Assembly: GCA_037305845.1 (NCBI GenBank)
Contig: CP147778.1
Span: 416,001-480,000 of the forward strand
Source: Candidatus Freyarchaeum deiterrae
Lineage (GTDB): Archaea; Asgardarchaeota; Jordiarchaeia; Jordiarchaeales; Jordiarchaeaceae
Length of the DNA: 64,000 nucleotides
Reading direction: 5' to 3'
Part shown: positions 63,001 to 64,000 of the stretch, piece after piece
Layout: the number at the start of each line of letters is the position of its first letter
Position numbering within the stretch: the stretch's first letter is position 1
Position numbers and translations under genes: made by a program
The notes under the pieces: generated by a model
Database searches by the model: none
Seen by the model: the letters and a program-made list of their open reading frames with translations, nothing else
Told to the model about the DNA's origin: nothing

Positions 63001-64000
63001 GATTGTAGGTATCTATGTATAGGTTCCATTGGCTTGTTACATTAACGACTGCAAAATCGTAAATGGGAACAGTGCTATAATTACCCGTAGTATTAACAAT
63101 GTTAGCTTTTACATAGCCTTGATAAGCATAAAACGTATAGGTCTTGTTCATCCCACTGTAATTTCCACCACCTACCAAACTAGTATTAGTGAATCTATCG
63201 ACGCTCGTCTTATAGACCCTAACAGTAGCTCTTAGAGGCCCGTTTTCAATAAGTATAGCCGTCCAGTTAAGGGCATTGTAGGGAGGGACGTAGGGAGGCT
63301 GTGAACCCCACCGCTGCAGGTCGTCGGCGTCTATACGGTCTAGCCCGCTGTGCAGCCCTGTTGTTGGAATGATGTTGGTTCCGTTAACCATGAAAATGCG
63401 GAAACATGCGTCGTCATCATAACCGGTGTTGGTATACTGAATGTTATAGGTGCCGCTTATTACACCTGTGTCAAAGAGGAAATAATGAATACCAGTTGGG
63501 TCGATGGTGATATTGAGGGGGGTTGTGTATGTTGGGGCAGTTCCCCCATAGGTGTTGTTATAGTACACGTAGTATGTTGAGGTTCCTCCGTTTGTGACGT
63601 TACAGAGGAAAAGTAGGACACAGGAGGTAATATTGGTTCCACTATAAGTTAGGTTCTCCAATTGTATGGGTACCTCTACCCAATTATTTGTTGATTGGCT
63701 GAAGTAGAGGACTCGTATGCTATTATTGGCGCAGTGCGTAGGTGCAAAAGTTAAATTTGTTATGGCTATTTCGTTTACTCTGTCCGCGTATCCTGGTTCA
63801 GTTACGTTTACTTCTATTCGATAATTCCAACTTTGGTTCCACCAGAAGTTTGGCTGTGGCTGTGGGTTTGCCTTTGAGGCGATTTGGTTTGATGTCTGTG
63901 TGCTGGCAAGGATGCTGTTTTGAGGTGAGAAAGCCGTTTGATTGTTCTGTAGTATGAGAGGTACAGCAATTACTGTGAGTAACGTTAGGATAACCACTAA
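60056..64000 (-). CDS. Large single-pass surface glycoprotein (>1313 aa; N-terminus at or beyond the window edge)
   Basis: Signal-like N-terminus, WWNQSWNYRIEVNV (DUF2341-like), beta-rich repeats with dense N-x-S/T, TM helix, cytoplasmic helical domain and acidic tail. Confidence 0.85.
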   Translation of the reverse strand, partial: LVVILTLLTVIAVPLILQNNQTAFSPQNSILASTQTSNQIASKANPQPQPNFWWNQSWNYRIEVNVTEPGYADRVNEIAITNLTFAPTHCANNSIRVLYFSQSTNNWVEVPIQLENLTYSGTNITSCVLLFLCNVTNGGTSTYYVYYNNTYGGTAPTYTTPLNITIDPTGIHYFLFDTGVISGTYNIQYTNTGYDDDACFRIFMVNGTNIIPTTGLHSGLDRIDADDLQRWGSQPPYVPPYNALNWTAILIENGPLRATVRVYKTSVDRFTNTSLVGGGNYSGMNKTYTFYAYQGYVKANIVNTTGNYSTVPIYDFAVVNVTSQWNLYIDTYNLGAATNWHWTDKISSPQPFNYMSLVRNDGLGLALLGAPLWPDDTHGNRTSLEYGYGDTLPIDSGTLSFLFRNDGRPGDPQYGSVEYPIVIPFTYYIAGITQGFNQVTGTWYQVNKPTQTNNSSEKNKFYPLVANVTDWYNNPIPRANVNAYNDSALTSLSKTGVSNSTGQCLLLLNQNSTSNQYEDWVQANITNTYKNYTSDAMHWNPVDFSSPYSTITIRMNITTVYVEVWDNNTHRVQTANVTLNYVNASLTDISQNVDLFFANCSFYAWANVTLNIQIYTNATLETGITVYNYGTNTSVSQPINISEPKAFMVLLNRDIFAIPTSLIYLGSIINKYWTDNVSFYVWFNATGGSSIDNADWVNYNITTSSGSVYDANMTNVTGQPSGNYYANFNTTLVGLVGGASYTIIITAKPHDTNQLYPTPISIFLSVQSINVTVICDNGIGNPIIKTWSEFLNETTVIIHLFDTHNNVFLDGVNVTYTISGTSYVNQIMPPTGAKGTYQINGSVFGNLTTGNFTIKIVSSLQNYAINDYFIPVTINLASEIILAPSNKIQGSWNQNIPFYVVLVRQTDNTSITGANVSWIVQGTYINGTLTDNNNGTYSGQLANGTLSSGFYVLIIAASKQNYISNFTSLSLEVSGAQTSIGTALLIPELFGSSEFLFAGPLVQVENSWPVAPLSFTYLDANGNAVPNATVTVTGGLPVLGARSSAEGLGVSQVHALQLGAGSYMVLVPTQGLSPTSLPINIVISAPNYQSQQMSFVVTIKERAIAIGPTRVPVSTFLITLAAIAIPTSLFMGYTFLQRARIPAIIKRIDELIRAISRGEKVTVKLVPREKVIADILREELAIIAVEPRVEKYIPVELADLIVPLLVESKMKQKEAYAMALELKTAAPAEREKLLESVGIPGETSAIILQTIEEYEEKQVPIRRPRVKEPTEEEPAEEEAKESEEESTEEESKGKTRKAKGTEEEESKEDDEPED

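Overview
64 kb of an archaeal chromosome. The evidence is TATA/BRE promoters, GGAGG/GAGGTG ribosome-binding sites, a PolB C-terminus, a zinc-ferredoxin, a ThiN domain and a Phr/SurR-type regulator. The large N-glycosylated single-pass surface proteins suggest an Asgard lineage (inference only). Left to right: a frameshifted surface-protein gene; two tandem paralog pairs (alpha/beta hydrolases; multi-TM proteins duplicated with ~190 bp of upstream DNA); a stress block (P-type ATPase, UspA, HtrA, HtpX, hsp20-regulator-grpE-dnaK-dnaJ); a redox/sulfur island (rhodanese, Zn-ferredoxin, korAB, ferredoxin:disulfide reductase-glutaredoxin-disulfide reductase-PfpI, methyltransferase/ATP-grasp fusion); a decaying variable patch (HEPN pseudogene, TPR repeat gene, solo tnpB); a complete trpEGDCFBA operon; then a DHH protein, an orphan adenine methyltransferase, a ThiN-AIRS fusion, AlkD, CorA and a large surface glycoprotein. 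No rRNA, tRNA or CRISPR array was seen. Best candidate for something new: trpE has no well-placed ribosome-binding site of its own. An SD-led leader ORF runs into a prfB-like CUU-UGG-C site at its only Trp codon, and a +1 shift there enters the trpE frame, suggesting a tryptophan-sensing programmed frameshift. Also notable: an unannotated 42-aa, 10-Cys peptide ending in Gly-Gly heading korAB, and an AGTT-N3-AACT operator shared by the hsp20 and regulator/dnaK promoters.
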